From Nitrosopumilaceae archaeon (GTDB taxonomy: Archaea > Thermoproteota > Nitrososphaeria > Nitrososphaerales > Nitrosopumilaceae): a stretch of 26,129 nt of DNA. The notes beneath the pieces were generated by a model. That model was not told where the DNA came from. It saw only the letters and a program-made list of their open reading frames with translations, and did no database searches. The stretch lies in the NCBI GenBank assembly GCA_036556885.1, contig DATBIP010000008.1, positions 1 through 26,129 of the forward strand, read 5' to 3'. Below are positions 9,280 through 17,167 of the stretch, in pieces; the stretch's first letter is position 1; every line of letters starts with the position of its first letter. Position numbers and translations under genes: made by a program.

Positions 9280-10392
9280 GTGATAGAAGGTTACGCTACA
9301 TCAAATGATACTCTTGCATTTTTGACCAAACAACAAAATGTTAACCAGAAAAATTTTAGAAAAATCCATGGATTGACTTTATCTAACGTTGGAGTTGGAA
9401 CATACCTTGGAAATCCTGATGCAAAAACAGATGAGCTAGTTAAGAATGCTGTAAAGGAATCGATTCTTGCCGGAATCAATGTTATTGATACTGCAATAAA
9501 TTATCGTTCACAAAAAGCAGAACGAGCAGTTGGAAAGGCAATCTTTGAATTAATCAATGATGGAAAGATTAATCGAAACGAGATTTTTGTTTCTACCAAA
9601 AATGGATATGTAACAAATGATGGTGATATCAAAGAAGACTTCTGGCAATATGTTAACCGAGAATATGTTTCCAAAGGAGTTATTCAAGCAAACGACATTT
9701 CGTCAGGATACCATTGCATGACAGTGTCATATCTTAATGACCAACTTGAACGTAGTAGGAAAAACCTAGGTCTTGAATGCATTGATCTAATGTATCTTCA
9801 TAATGCTGTAGAAGGGCAAATTCAAGATGTTACTAAAGAACAATTCATGAAAAACTTGCACAAGTCATTTGAATTTTTTGAATCTAAAAGAAGAGAAAAT
9901 AAAATAAGATTTTATGGTTTGGCAACATGGGAATGCTTTAGGGTACTACCTGATAATCCTCAATTTTTACAGCTATCCGAAGTCATACAATTAGCGCAAA
10001 ACGTAGGAGGGCAAGAGCACGGATTTAGATTCATTCAGTTACCATACAACATGTATCTTGACCAAGCATTAATGATAAAAAATCAATCATTTGATGGTAA
10101 GCTAGATTCTATATTACAAGCAGCAAATCATTATGAAATTGGAGTATTTACAAGCGTTCCATTGATGCAAGGAAAGCTTCTCTCGCCAGGAGTCATGCCA
10201 GAGTTTGGTGAACTAAAACCATCATTGAGAGCTTTACAATTTACTCGCTCCACTCCAGGAGTATTGGCACCATTAGTTGGCCACAAGTCAGAACAAAATG
10301 TAAAAGAAAATCTCATGATCATGAAAATTCCACCTTTATCTCAAGTTGAATTCGAAATGCTGATGCAAAAACTAACTAAAACAAATAATTAA
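9280..10392 (+). CDS. Aldo/keto reductase
   Basis: GVGT, IDTAINY, VSTK, IDLMYLHN and IQLPYN motifs. Confidence 0.92.
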   Translation: MIEGYATSNDTLAFLTKQQNVNQKNFRKIHGLTLSNVGVGTYLGNPDAKTDELVKNAVKESILAGINVIDTAINYRSQKAERAVGKAIFELINDGKINRNEIFVSTKNGYVTNDGDIKEDFWQYVNREYVSKGVIQANDISSGYHCMTVSYLNDQLERSRKNLGLECIDLMYLHNAVEGQIQDVTKEQFMKNLHKSFEFFESKRRENKIRFYGLATWECFRVLPDNPQFLQLSEVIQLAQNVGGQEHGFRFIQLPYNMYLDQALMIKNQSFDGKLDSILQAANHYEIGVFTSVPLMQGKLLSPGVMPEFGELKPSLRALQFTRSTPGVLAPLVGHKSEQNVKENLMIMKIPPLSQVEFEMLMQKLTKTNN

Positions 10393-10400
10393 TGTATCAA

Positions 10401-11090
10401 TTAAGAGCCACCAATGATTCCACCAAAGTTTAACACATCATCTGAAATGTTTGGTACGTCTTGTTCAATTCTTAAAACATATCCTTCTGGCACATTTGCT
10501 TGTATGAAGAGTTGTTCTCCGCTAGAAGGTCTATCCCTATCGGCATAAACTATAGCGAATACTGCTAATTCATCATTATCCACAAAATTATCAAAATTTT
10601 GATTTACTATCCAATAAACAAATGCTGTAGTGGTGTCAGGTTTTTGTTCATCGACAAATGGATTGACATTGATTATGCCACGGTTTTTTGCGTCAGCTAC
10701 TGCATCACGTAATGAATTATAGGACATATCAGGTATACTTCCACCATAAATATTCTCATAGTTTATTGTGTAATTTTCAAGTTGTACTAACTCATATGAC
10801 ACAGTCATTCTTTTTGGGTCAACATGTACTGGACCATCTGACACGGTTTTAACAGGTGTTGCAGTTGCAATCAAGTCATTTAAAGAAACATCAGCAGCTG
10901 CAGAAATTTTTCCTGCCACTATTAAGTGATCATCTACCTGTTCTACAGCTTTTTCTACAACTTTTTTTTGTGTAATGTTAACTTGAAATCCAATATTTGA
11001 ATAAATAACTACTAAAACCAGTGCAATACTAAAAAAGAGCACCATGCCAACAGTGTATGCAGATACTAATCCTCTATGATGATTCTTCAT
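10401..11090 (-). CDS. Archaellin/type IV pilin-like protein with class III signal peptide
   Basis: MKNHHRG|LVSAYTVGMVLFFSIALVLVV (basic leader, G cleavage site, hydrophobic H-domain). The C-terminus (DNFVDNDELAVFAI...GEQLFIQANVPEGYVLRIEQDVP) resembles the archaellin beta-rich terminus. Confidence 0.7.
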   Translation of the reverse strand: MKNHHRGLVSAYTVGMVLFFSIALVLVVIYSNIGFQVNITQKKVVEKAVEQVDDHLIVAGKISAAADVSLNDLIATATPVKTVSDGPVHVDPKRMTVSYELVQLENYTINYENIYGGSIPDMSYNSLRDAVADAKNRGIINVNPFVDEQKPDTTTAFVYWIVNQNFDNFVDNDELAVFAIVYADRDRPSSGEQLFIQANVPEGYVLRIEQDVPNISDDVLNFGGIIGGS

Positions 11091-11143
11091 TTTTAACTTC
11101 CTAATGACTTGAATTTATTTTGATTCAGTATCTTTTCTCGTAT

Positions 11144-11160
11144 GTTTACTGCGAACAAAC
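11144..11160. promoter_or_regulatory. Palindromic motif site 4 (GTTTACT-GCG-AACAAAC)
   Basis: 12/14 match, 53 nt upstream of the archaellin-like ATG (11090) in the region divergent with the YHS gene. Confidence 0.55.
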
Positions 11161-11224
11161 AATATCAGGTTAGAATTAGAATAATTTTAGAATGTATAAA
11201 TAGTAAAAACTAAAGGAGATTATT

Positions 11225-11371
11225 GTGCCTACTGATCCTGTATGCGGAATTGAATTAGATGAAAACTTAGCTTTAATTCATGAACATGATGGAAAAAAAT
11301 ATTATTTTTGTTGTAATGGTTGTAGACGCATATTTATCAAAAAACCACGAAAGTGGAAAAAAAATGTCTAG
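11225..11371 (+). CDS. YHS/TRASH-domain small metal-binding protein (48 aa)
   Basis: Not in the ORF track. GTG start with GGAGA just upstream. Translation: MPTDPVCGIELDENLALIHEHDGKKYYFCCNGCRRIFIKKPRKWKKNV* (DPVCG...YYFCCxxC motif). Confidence 0.9.
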   Translation: MPTDPVCGIELDENLALIHEHDGKKYYFCCNGCRRIFIKKPRKWKKNV

Positions 11372-12318
11372 ATAGGGAAACTGCCACACATTCTACAAAA
11401 TTTTGAATTGGCTAATACCTCAAATTGACATTTTGGACATTTTATTTTAGAAGAATGTAATTTTGCGGGTGGTTCAAAGTATTTTCGATATATCTCATAA
11501 TAGTAAAGTGATTCTTTTGTTCGCAAGTATACTTTCTCAGAGTCTTGAATTTTTTTTGATTTTACTTTAAAGGAATCGTCAGAAATCAATGTGTTAAAAA
11601 GATTCGTCAACTCAGCAGTCCCAGCGCCATCCTGCATTGGAGACTTGTCTCTCCAGACTACAGTTCTTGGAAGTTTATCTTCAAAGATCTTGCGTAATAT
11701 CCATTTACCATACTTTTTCCCCTCATGCTCTCTTACCTTTAGATTTGCAGGAATAGTTTTAGCAAAATCTACTACCTTTTGATTAAGAAATGGAGTTTCA
11801 ACTATTATTCCCAATGAATCACCAATTTTTTTTGATGGAAAATGCATGATTTTCCATATTCTTTCAAGATCTTTTTGTAATTCATTTTCATTTTTTTTCA
11901 AAAAAAAGCTATATCCTGCAAATAATTCATCTGCTCCATCTCCCGATATGATACTTGTAAAGCCCATTTTTTTAATTGATGATATAGCAATATGCATTAC
12001 AATTGAATTTCTAATTTCAATGTCGTTGAAAATTTCCAAGATCTTAATGGTTTCTTCTATGGACGATAATAATTCCTCAATACTTGGCATTATTATCTCT
12101 AGTTTTACTCCAAAATTCTTTGCAACAAGTTGGCAATAAGTCAAATCTGATGCAACAAAGTCTTTTGTAGTTACTGCAATAGCTTGATGAACCCTGTTCT
12201 GTAAAAAAAATGCAATAATGCTACTATCCAAGCCACCAGATAATGCAAGAGTTTTAGAAGAGCAAGAAGAAACTGAATCTTCAAGTATCTCATAGAGTCT
12301 TTCAAAAATTTTATCCAA
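11368..12318 (-). CDS. Asparagine synthase C-terminal (PP-loop ATPase) domain protein with C-terminal zinc ribbon
   Basis: ALSGGLDSS, SGDGADELFAGY and PFL motifs; C-terminal CPKC...CRMC; no glutaminase domain. Confidence 0.85.
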   Translation of the reverse strand: MDKIFERLYEILEDSVSSCSSKTLALSGGLDSSIIAFFLQNRVHQAIAVTTKDFVASDLTYCQLVAKNFGVKLEIIMPSIEELLSSIEETIKILEIFNDIEIRNSIVMHIAISSIKKMGFTSIISGDGADELFAGYSFFLKKNENELQKDLERIWKIMHFPSKKIGDSLGIIVETPFLNQKVVDFAKTIPANLKVREHEGKKYGKWILRKIFEDKLPRTVVWRDKSPMQDGAGTAELTNLFNTLISDDSFKVKSKKIQDSEKVYLRTKESLYYYEIYRKYFEPPAKLHSSKIKCPKCQFEVLANSKFCRMCGSFPI

Positions 12319-12444
12319 TAATGAATTTAATATTTGAAATTATATAGGTTAACCTAATCAAACAAAATTAGTAAAAACTAACGAACGAAAAGACAGGGAA
12401 TCTTTGTGTGCACGTTTAAATATTTCGTCAAATATTTTCTTTGC

Positions 12445-12861
12445 ATGTTATTACCAGCTGAAATTGAATCAAAAACTTTGATTCCAGCGTTACGAGCAAT
12501 TCTTGCAAAAAAACTTGCTGAACAGCATAAAATTAGAGAAGATGAAATATCAAAGATGTTGGGAGTTACCCAGGCTGCTATTAGTAATTACATTAGAGGA
12601 ACAAGGGGAGATCCTAAATTAATTGCAAAACTATTATCTCAAAAACAGATTGTAGAGATGGTTGATGAAATTAGCGACAATCTTGCTTCCAATAAAGCAT
12701 ACACGCCAGCTAGTCTATCAAAATTTATCGGTTTATGCAATTACATCAAATCAAGCTTGTTAATTTGCGATATACATCACCATCTTGAATCAAATATCGA
12801 CGAAGCAATCTGTAAAGAATGTGAAACCATGCTTCTAAAAGGACCTGGAAGCGTATACTAG
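12445..12861 (+). CDS. Archaeal HTH transcriptional regulator (COG2522-like) with C-terminal C-x2-H...C-x2-C metal site
   Basis: EISKMLGVTQAAISNYIRGTRG HTH and CDIHH...CKEC. I prefer ATG 12445 to the ORF-track GTG at 12406. Confidence 0.82.
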   Translation: MLLPAEIESKTLIPALRAILAKKLAEQHKIREDEISKMLGVTQAAISNYIRGTRGDPKLIAKLLSQKQIVEMVDEISDNLASNKAYTPASLSKFIGLCNYIKSSLLICDIHHHLESNIDEAICKECETMLLKGPGSVY

Positions 12862-13175
12862 TTTTTTAATATAACAATTTCAATAGTTGAAAGCATTCTT
12901 CCATACCCAGCAGGAATCTCACTATCAACTATTATTTTATGAATTTTAGAATTTCCTTTTAACATTTTTTCAGTTATAATGTTTGCAATAGCTACCGCGT
13001 TTGGAATTGAATTTCCTTTAGCACGAAGAATAGCTTTTTTGTATTTTCCTAAAAGAGAAACGACATTAAACGCTTCAATCATGACAGGCTCATTATGAAC
13101 ATCAAAAACTGATGGTTCATAATCTGAAATGGTAGATACCACTTTAGTTTGCCCTAGTTCCTCCAGTACTATCAA
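12858..13175 (-). CDS. Alba-family DNA/RNA-binding protein
   Basis: ILRAKGNSIPNAVAIA...STIEIVI matches Alba (ARGxxIxxAV...SxIEI); TTG start is uncertain. Confidence 0.78.
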   Translation of the reverse strand: MIVLEELGQTKVVSTISDYEPSVFDVHNEPVMIEAFNVVSLLGKYKKAILRAKGNSIPNAVAIANIITEKMLKGNSKIHKIIVDSEIPAGYGRMLSTIEIVILKN

Positions 13176-13276
13176 CCCAATACAAAGAAAATTTTTCGGT
13201 TTAAAAATATTATCGACGAATCATCCATAAATTGATAGTTTTTATCTATAATTACAACAATTGAATGAAAAACTAA

Positions 13277-13750
13277 TTAGAGAAAGTAATCAATTGGTAT
13301 GTTTTGATAGTCACCATTGGGCAATGTTCTTCTGATAATAATTGGAATTGCCCGTTGATCAAGTTCTTCCATTGCAATATCAAGTGAAGTTCTTGCAGTT
13401 GATGGAATTTCGATAAATGGCGGTGCACCAAGGGAGAGCTGCAATGCTCTTGCTCCCATTATTCTTGCTTTTTCAAATCTAGTTAAGGTAGGTGGACCAA
13501 TTGCTATTTTGCCTTTTCCTGTAACTTCAATCTCTTGAGGTTCATGAACAGGATCATTTTCAATTACTTCTCGGTCTTCAATAATCTTACATTCTTTATC
13601 TAACTCTGTTAATTCTTTTTCAGTTAATTCCTTTTTTCCTTCCTTAATTTTTCTATATGCAGTTATAGCGTCAGTAACACTTTTTCCAAATTCTGGTAGT
13701 TCTTCAACCTCCTCAGTAGGCTCTATAATCTCTTCATCTAATTCAGACAA
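13277..13750 (-). CDS. rpo6: RNA polymerase subunit Rpo6 (K/omega) with long acidic N-terminal extension
   Basis: LTRFEKARIMGARALQLSLGAP...IAMEEL...IPIIIRR core. Confidence 0.93.
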   Translation of the reverse strand: MSELDEEIIEPTEEVEELPEFGKSVTDAITAYRKIKEGKKELTEKELTELDKECKIIEDREVIENDPVHEPQEIEVTGKGKIAIGPPTLTRFEKARIMGARALQLSLGAPPFIEIPSTARTSLDIAMEELDQRAIPIIIRRTLPNGDYQNIPIDYFL

Positions 13751-13863
13751 TTACTCAAATTCTTAAAGCTGGTAATATATTCGAAACGGGACATTTTCTT
13801 ATAATATTTTGAGCTGTTCTGAAACCCAGCGTTTATCTATGTAACAAAATTTTCCTATCACGA

Positions 13864-14250
13864 ATGGAACAAGACTCTGTATCAAAAATTAAGATGATTC
13901 TAGAAATACGTGGAAAAACTAAACTCAATTGCGAGTTAAAACGACATCTTTCACCTAGGACCGTGGGAATTATTTCACGATCTTTGCCGTTAGAAGGAAA
14001 TGCTCATCTCATGGCAGATAATATTGCTTATTTTGAAACACCGATTGAATCAGGAATTGATAGACCAAGAAAAGAATTCAAAAAAGGAGATATTGCTTTT
14101 TTGCCAGCCAATGGAAGCATATGCTTTTTTTCTGGAGATGTATCATCTACAAAAACAATGACTCCGATAGGCAAAATTTTATCCGATAGTTCTGTACTAA
14201 GTACTATAAAACCTGGAGATGTATTTTCACTTTATGCAGATAGTGGTTGA
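13864..14250 (+). CDS. Cyclophilin-like fold protein (DUF369-like)
   Basis: LSPRTV...LPLEG...YFETP...GDIAF...ICFF...TPIGKI pattern. Confidence 0.75.
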   Translation: MEQDSVSKIKMILEIRGKTKLNCELKRHLSPRTVGIISRSLPLEGNAHLMADNIAYFETPIESGIDRPRKEFKKGDIAFLPANGSICFFSGDVSSTKTMTPIGKILSDSSVLSTIKPGDVFSLYADSG

Positions 14251-14558
14251 TAGATGTGATGACCACTAAATCCGCCAACCCTTTTTACTTTACCATCATT
14301 TAACAATTTTTTCAAAAATGCATTTGATGCAGAAACTTTAACTCCTAACTGTCGTGCAAGATCTTGAACTGTAAGTACCTTTGCACTTTTGATAATTTTC
14401 ATAGCTTGTTCTTCATTAACAATTACTGAAATCTCAGCCTTTGAAGACCCTCCTTCTTCTTTCTTTTTACCTTTCCTTTTTTCTCCTGATTTTTTTGTAG
14501 ACTCGTCAGTTTGTGATTTTTCTTGTTGTGCTGGTGATTTCTTTTTTGCTCCACCCAT
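14232..14558 (-). CDS. rps25e: 30S ribosomal protein S25e
   Basis: Lys-rich N-terminus MGGAKKK and winged helix LTVQDLARQLGVKVSASNAFLKKL...IYQP. Confidence 0.9.
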   Translation of the reverse strand: MGGAKKKSPAQQEKSQTDESTKKSGEKRKGKKKEEGGSSKAEISVIVNEEQAMKIIKSAKVLTVQDLARQLGVKVSASNAFLKKLLNDGKVKRVGGFSGHHIYQPLSA

Positions 14559-14603
14559 AGAAAAATTTGAGATTAAATCCTCCTTATAAAGGTGAATATA
14601 ATG

Positions 14604-14705
14604 TTAGTTGTTTTCTTTTAATCGATTTACAAAAATTTCCGTATATTCTTGCCCATAGATTTTTTTCATATATGGCACAAGCTCCTTCCAATTCAGTTTT
14701 GACAT
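14604..14705 (-). CDS. Possible small protein (33 aa, MSKLNWKELVPYMKKIYGQEYTEIFVNRLKENN)
   Basis: ATG-initiated 3' half of ORF 14604..14807; amphipathic, protein-like sequence in an otherwise empty gap. Confidence 0.35.
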   Translation of the reverse strand: MSKLNWKELVPYMKKIYGQEYTEIFVNRLKENN

Positions 14706-14869
14706 GAATCTAATTGATCTTTTTGTTGGCTGATAATTCAATAGTATTTTCACTCTCAAAAAATCTTTAAACATCGAAGTTGATTTTTTCACACATATTA
14801 GTAACATTAATTGAAATTTTTCAACATTAGAATTTCAATTATATATGACATCATTTTCTAATTTGTATA

Positions 14870-15079
14870 ATGGGAGTCATTTCAAAAGGAGCTAAATGTA
14901 ACATAAGTGGTTGTGACAAAGATGGTGTACGTTCTCTAAATACGACCAAAGTAGAAAATGCAGGTTTTCAAGTCTCTGGAGGAAAAAAAACTGTTCTGTG
15001 TAAAGAACACTATAAAGAATGGAAGAAAGCAACAAAAGATGATCGAGACCTTGAACGTGCTAGATTTGATAAATTTTAA
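14870..15079 (+). CDS. Small basic Cys/His metal-binding protein (C-x4-C...C-x2-H), function unknown
   Basis: CNISGC...LCKEHY; TATA-like TTATATAT about 25 nt upstream; stop overlaps the convergent gene. Confidence 0.85.
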   Translation: MGVISKGAKCNISGCDKDGVRSLNTTKVENAGFQVSGGKKTVLCKEHYKEWKKATKDDRDLERARFDKF

Positions 15080-16176
15080 TTTCTTTTTCTAGGCTTTTTG
15101 TGTTCAAACTTTGAAGGCGATTCTTTCAAAAACTCATCTCTGAGGCTGTTATAGTATGGACCAAGTTTTTTGTAAAGCCTTTTTGGTTTTCTTGGTTTTT
15201 GATTGCTAAGTGCATATAACGCAAGAATAGGAAAAGCAATGGTCGAATCCGCATAAACAGTTATCATGTCATGATGAGAATCCTGTACCTTTCCCCAGCT
15301 TTTTCCTTCCTGCAATGTAGCTCCTGATAATCCTCCTGTATCTGGTCTCGCATCAGTAATTTGTATAATGTAATCCTGTCCCCCATCATTTCTCCTCAAT
15401 ATTTGATCTAAAAGCGGACCTGTCTGCTGCGCAGAATTTTTAGGCACGCCACCTCCTAATTCCACAATACCTGATTTTTTTGAATTGTAAACAATCGCTG
15501 CCTGTTCTATTATCTCTCTAACGAAATCTAAGCTGTACACCTTATCTCTTAATCTATGCACTGCCAAATTCATGGCAAGTGATGAATCAAGTAATGCTGG
15601 AACATAAACTGGTACATCATAGTCATATGCAGTAGTTAGAAAGCTTCGTTTAGGATATTTTGCTTTATTTTTACTAATTTTTCCCATTATGTTACAAAAT
15701 TCTGCACTTGTAAAAGGTTTGTCTATTAGATTTTCCTTAAACATTTTTTGAACTACTTTATCTTCTGCTTCTAAGGTTTCAGAAAATTTAATAAAAACAT
15801 CTCGAATTCTCACAATTTCTTTTTCATAAAGTTTCATGTCATCAACTTCATAATGACCTTGCTTTACCGGAAAACCCCATGCAAAGTGATCTTCATGATA
15901 CACATTTGCGCCAGTTGTAACAATCCAGTCTACAAATCCTTTTTCAATTAACGTTTGAATTATCCCACCAAATCCTACTGGAGTCATTGCCCCTGCAACT
16001 GTAAGGCAAATTACTGCATCTTCACTAATCATTTTTGAATAAAGTTGTGCAGCTTCTCCTAATTGCCTACCATTATATCCGCTTCTGGCATAAACCTCAA
16101 CCAGATCCTGGATTTTCATCTTAGGATCTAGTTTTACGTGAGGGATGTCCTTGCCGTGAAAATGATGATGATCCAC
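15076..16176 (-). CDS. Deoxyhypusine synthase-family protein (possibly SpeY-like homospermidine synthase)
   Basis: AGAMTP, TTGANVYH, GGGVPKN and DARPDTGGLSGATLQEGKSWGK (catalytic Lys retained). Start placed at GTG 16176 (MDHHHFHGKD) because the ORF-track extension to 16314 overlaps the divergent gene. Confidence 0.88.
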   Translation of the reverse strand: MDHHHFHGKDIPHVKLDPKMKIQDLVEVYARSGYNGRQLGEAAQLYSKMISEDAVICLTVAGAMTPVGFGGIIQTLIEKGFVDWIVTTGANVYHEDHFAWGFPVKQGHYEVDDMKLYEKEIVRIRDVFIKFSETLEAEDKVVQKMFKENLIDKPFTSAEFCNIMGKISKNKAKYPKRSFLTTAYDYDVPVYVPALLDSSLAMNLAVHRLRDKVYSLDFVREIIEQAAIVYNSKKSGIVELGGGVPKNSAQQTGPLLDQILRRNDGGQDYIIQITDARPDTGGLSGATLQEGKSWGKVQDSHHDMITVYADSTIAFPILALYALSNQKPRKPKRLYKKLGPYYNSLRDEFLKESPSKFEHKKPRKRN

Positions 16177-16260
16177 GAATGAAAAAATTTCATGCACTAA
16201 ATAACACTTACGAATACAAATTATATTCTTATGAGAGATATACATACAATATTTACAGTA

Positions 16261-16602
16261 ATGAAAATTATTGATGTCCCTAATCCTGACAGAGTAAATA
16301 GAATCCCTGACCAATCTGTAACCCTTTTTTCTGGACAGGATTATTCAGATCATGGTTTTAGGATACAAAAAATAGAACTCAGACTTTTTGTAGAAAAGAC
16401 CGATGAGAATCTTGGGCCTTATTCTTTGATTACTTCATTTGTTGATACAGATAAGGGATCAATAGAAATGATTTATGATGAAGGATATAGAGGAATTAAT
16501 CCACTCGAATCTGTCAAAGAACTGCTTGTAAAAAACTTGGGCATATCAGGGTTAATTTTACGTTCAATCATCACTCTAGAATCCGAATTAAAAGCAAGCT
16601 AA
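16261..16602 (+). CDS. Hypothetical protein
   Basis: Protein-like ORF divergent from the DHS-like gene; ATG 16261 (MKIIDVPNP) preferred. Confidence 0.72.
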   Translation: MKIIDVPNPDRVNRIPDQSVTLFSGQDYSDHGFRIQKIELRLFVEKTDENLGPYSLITSFVDTDKGSIEMIYDEGYRGINPLESVKELLVKNLGISGLILRSIITLESELKAS

Positions 16603-16610
16603 TCCCTGTC

Positions 16611-16627
16611 GGTATTTGATTACAAAC
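16611..16627. promoter_or_regulatory. Weak palindromic motif site 5 (GGTATTT-GAT-TACAAAC)
   Basis: 10/14 match, 35 nt upstream of the receiver ATG at 16663 and just before TTTTATTA. Confidence 0.3.
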
Positions 16628-16662
16628 AAGTGGTTTTATTAGAAATTTCCCTATGACATTTA

Positions 16663-17064
16663 ATGGATAATTCTAAAATTCCTAAAGAAACAATTCAAGC
16701 TATTGTAGTAGATGATGATGAGGATTCGTCAGAATCAATTTGTCAAACACTTGAAATTGCGGGAATTGATGTTATTGGGAAAGGGTATGATGGAGAGCAA
16801 GCATATCAACTATACAAAACACTATCGCCAGACATTGTAATATTAGACATGAATATGCCAAACTACGATGGTGGATATGCACTTGAAAAAATTACTCAAG
16901 ATTTTCCAGAAGCAAAAATAATTGTAGTAACTGCTTTTACAGATTATAAGTTTGACAAAAGTAAAGCATCTGCCATCTTTACAAAACCGTATGATTTTGA
17001 ACCATTTATAGATACAATAAAAAAAGTCGCATTAAACCAACGTACTCCAAAAATAATCTCATAG
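16663..17064 (+). CDS. Stand-alone response regulator receiver (CheY-like) #2
   Basis: VVDDDED, LDMNMP, VTAF and TKP motifs. Confidence 0.93.
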   Translation: MDNSKIPKETIQAIVVDDDEDSSESICQTLEIAGIDVIGKGYDGEQAYQLYKTLSPDIVILDMNMPNYDGGYALEKITQDFPEAKIIVVTAFTDYKFDKSKASAIFTKPYDFEPFIDTIKKVALNQRTPKIIS

Positions 17065-17167
17065 ATAATTTAGATCTGCTTTATATGTACAATATACTAT
17101 TTTCAAGGCAATTTTTAATTTACAAATATTAGATACCTTTATTTCAATAACTCAAGAGTGAAAAATT

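Noticed and set aside
12370-12386. AACGAAC half-site upstream of the HTH regulator
   Set aside because: The partner half-site does not match; treated as background.
13831-13849. GTTTATC-N5-AACAAAA as another motif copy
   Set aside because: Wrong spacing, and the left half coincides with the expected TATA box of gene 13864.
7841-16247. TACATA hexamers (7841 reverse, 8813, 16241) resembling the Methanococcus EarA box
   Set aside because: Single short AT-rich matches are expected by chance, and EarA is euryarchaeal.
16177-16314. N-terminal extension of the DHS-like ORF
   Set aside because: Cys/Ile-rich, non-homologous sequence that overlaps the divergent gene and its promoter.
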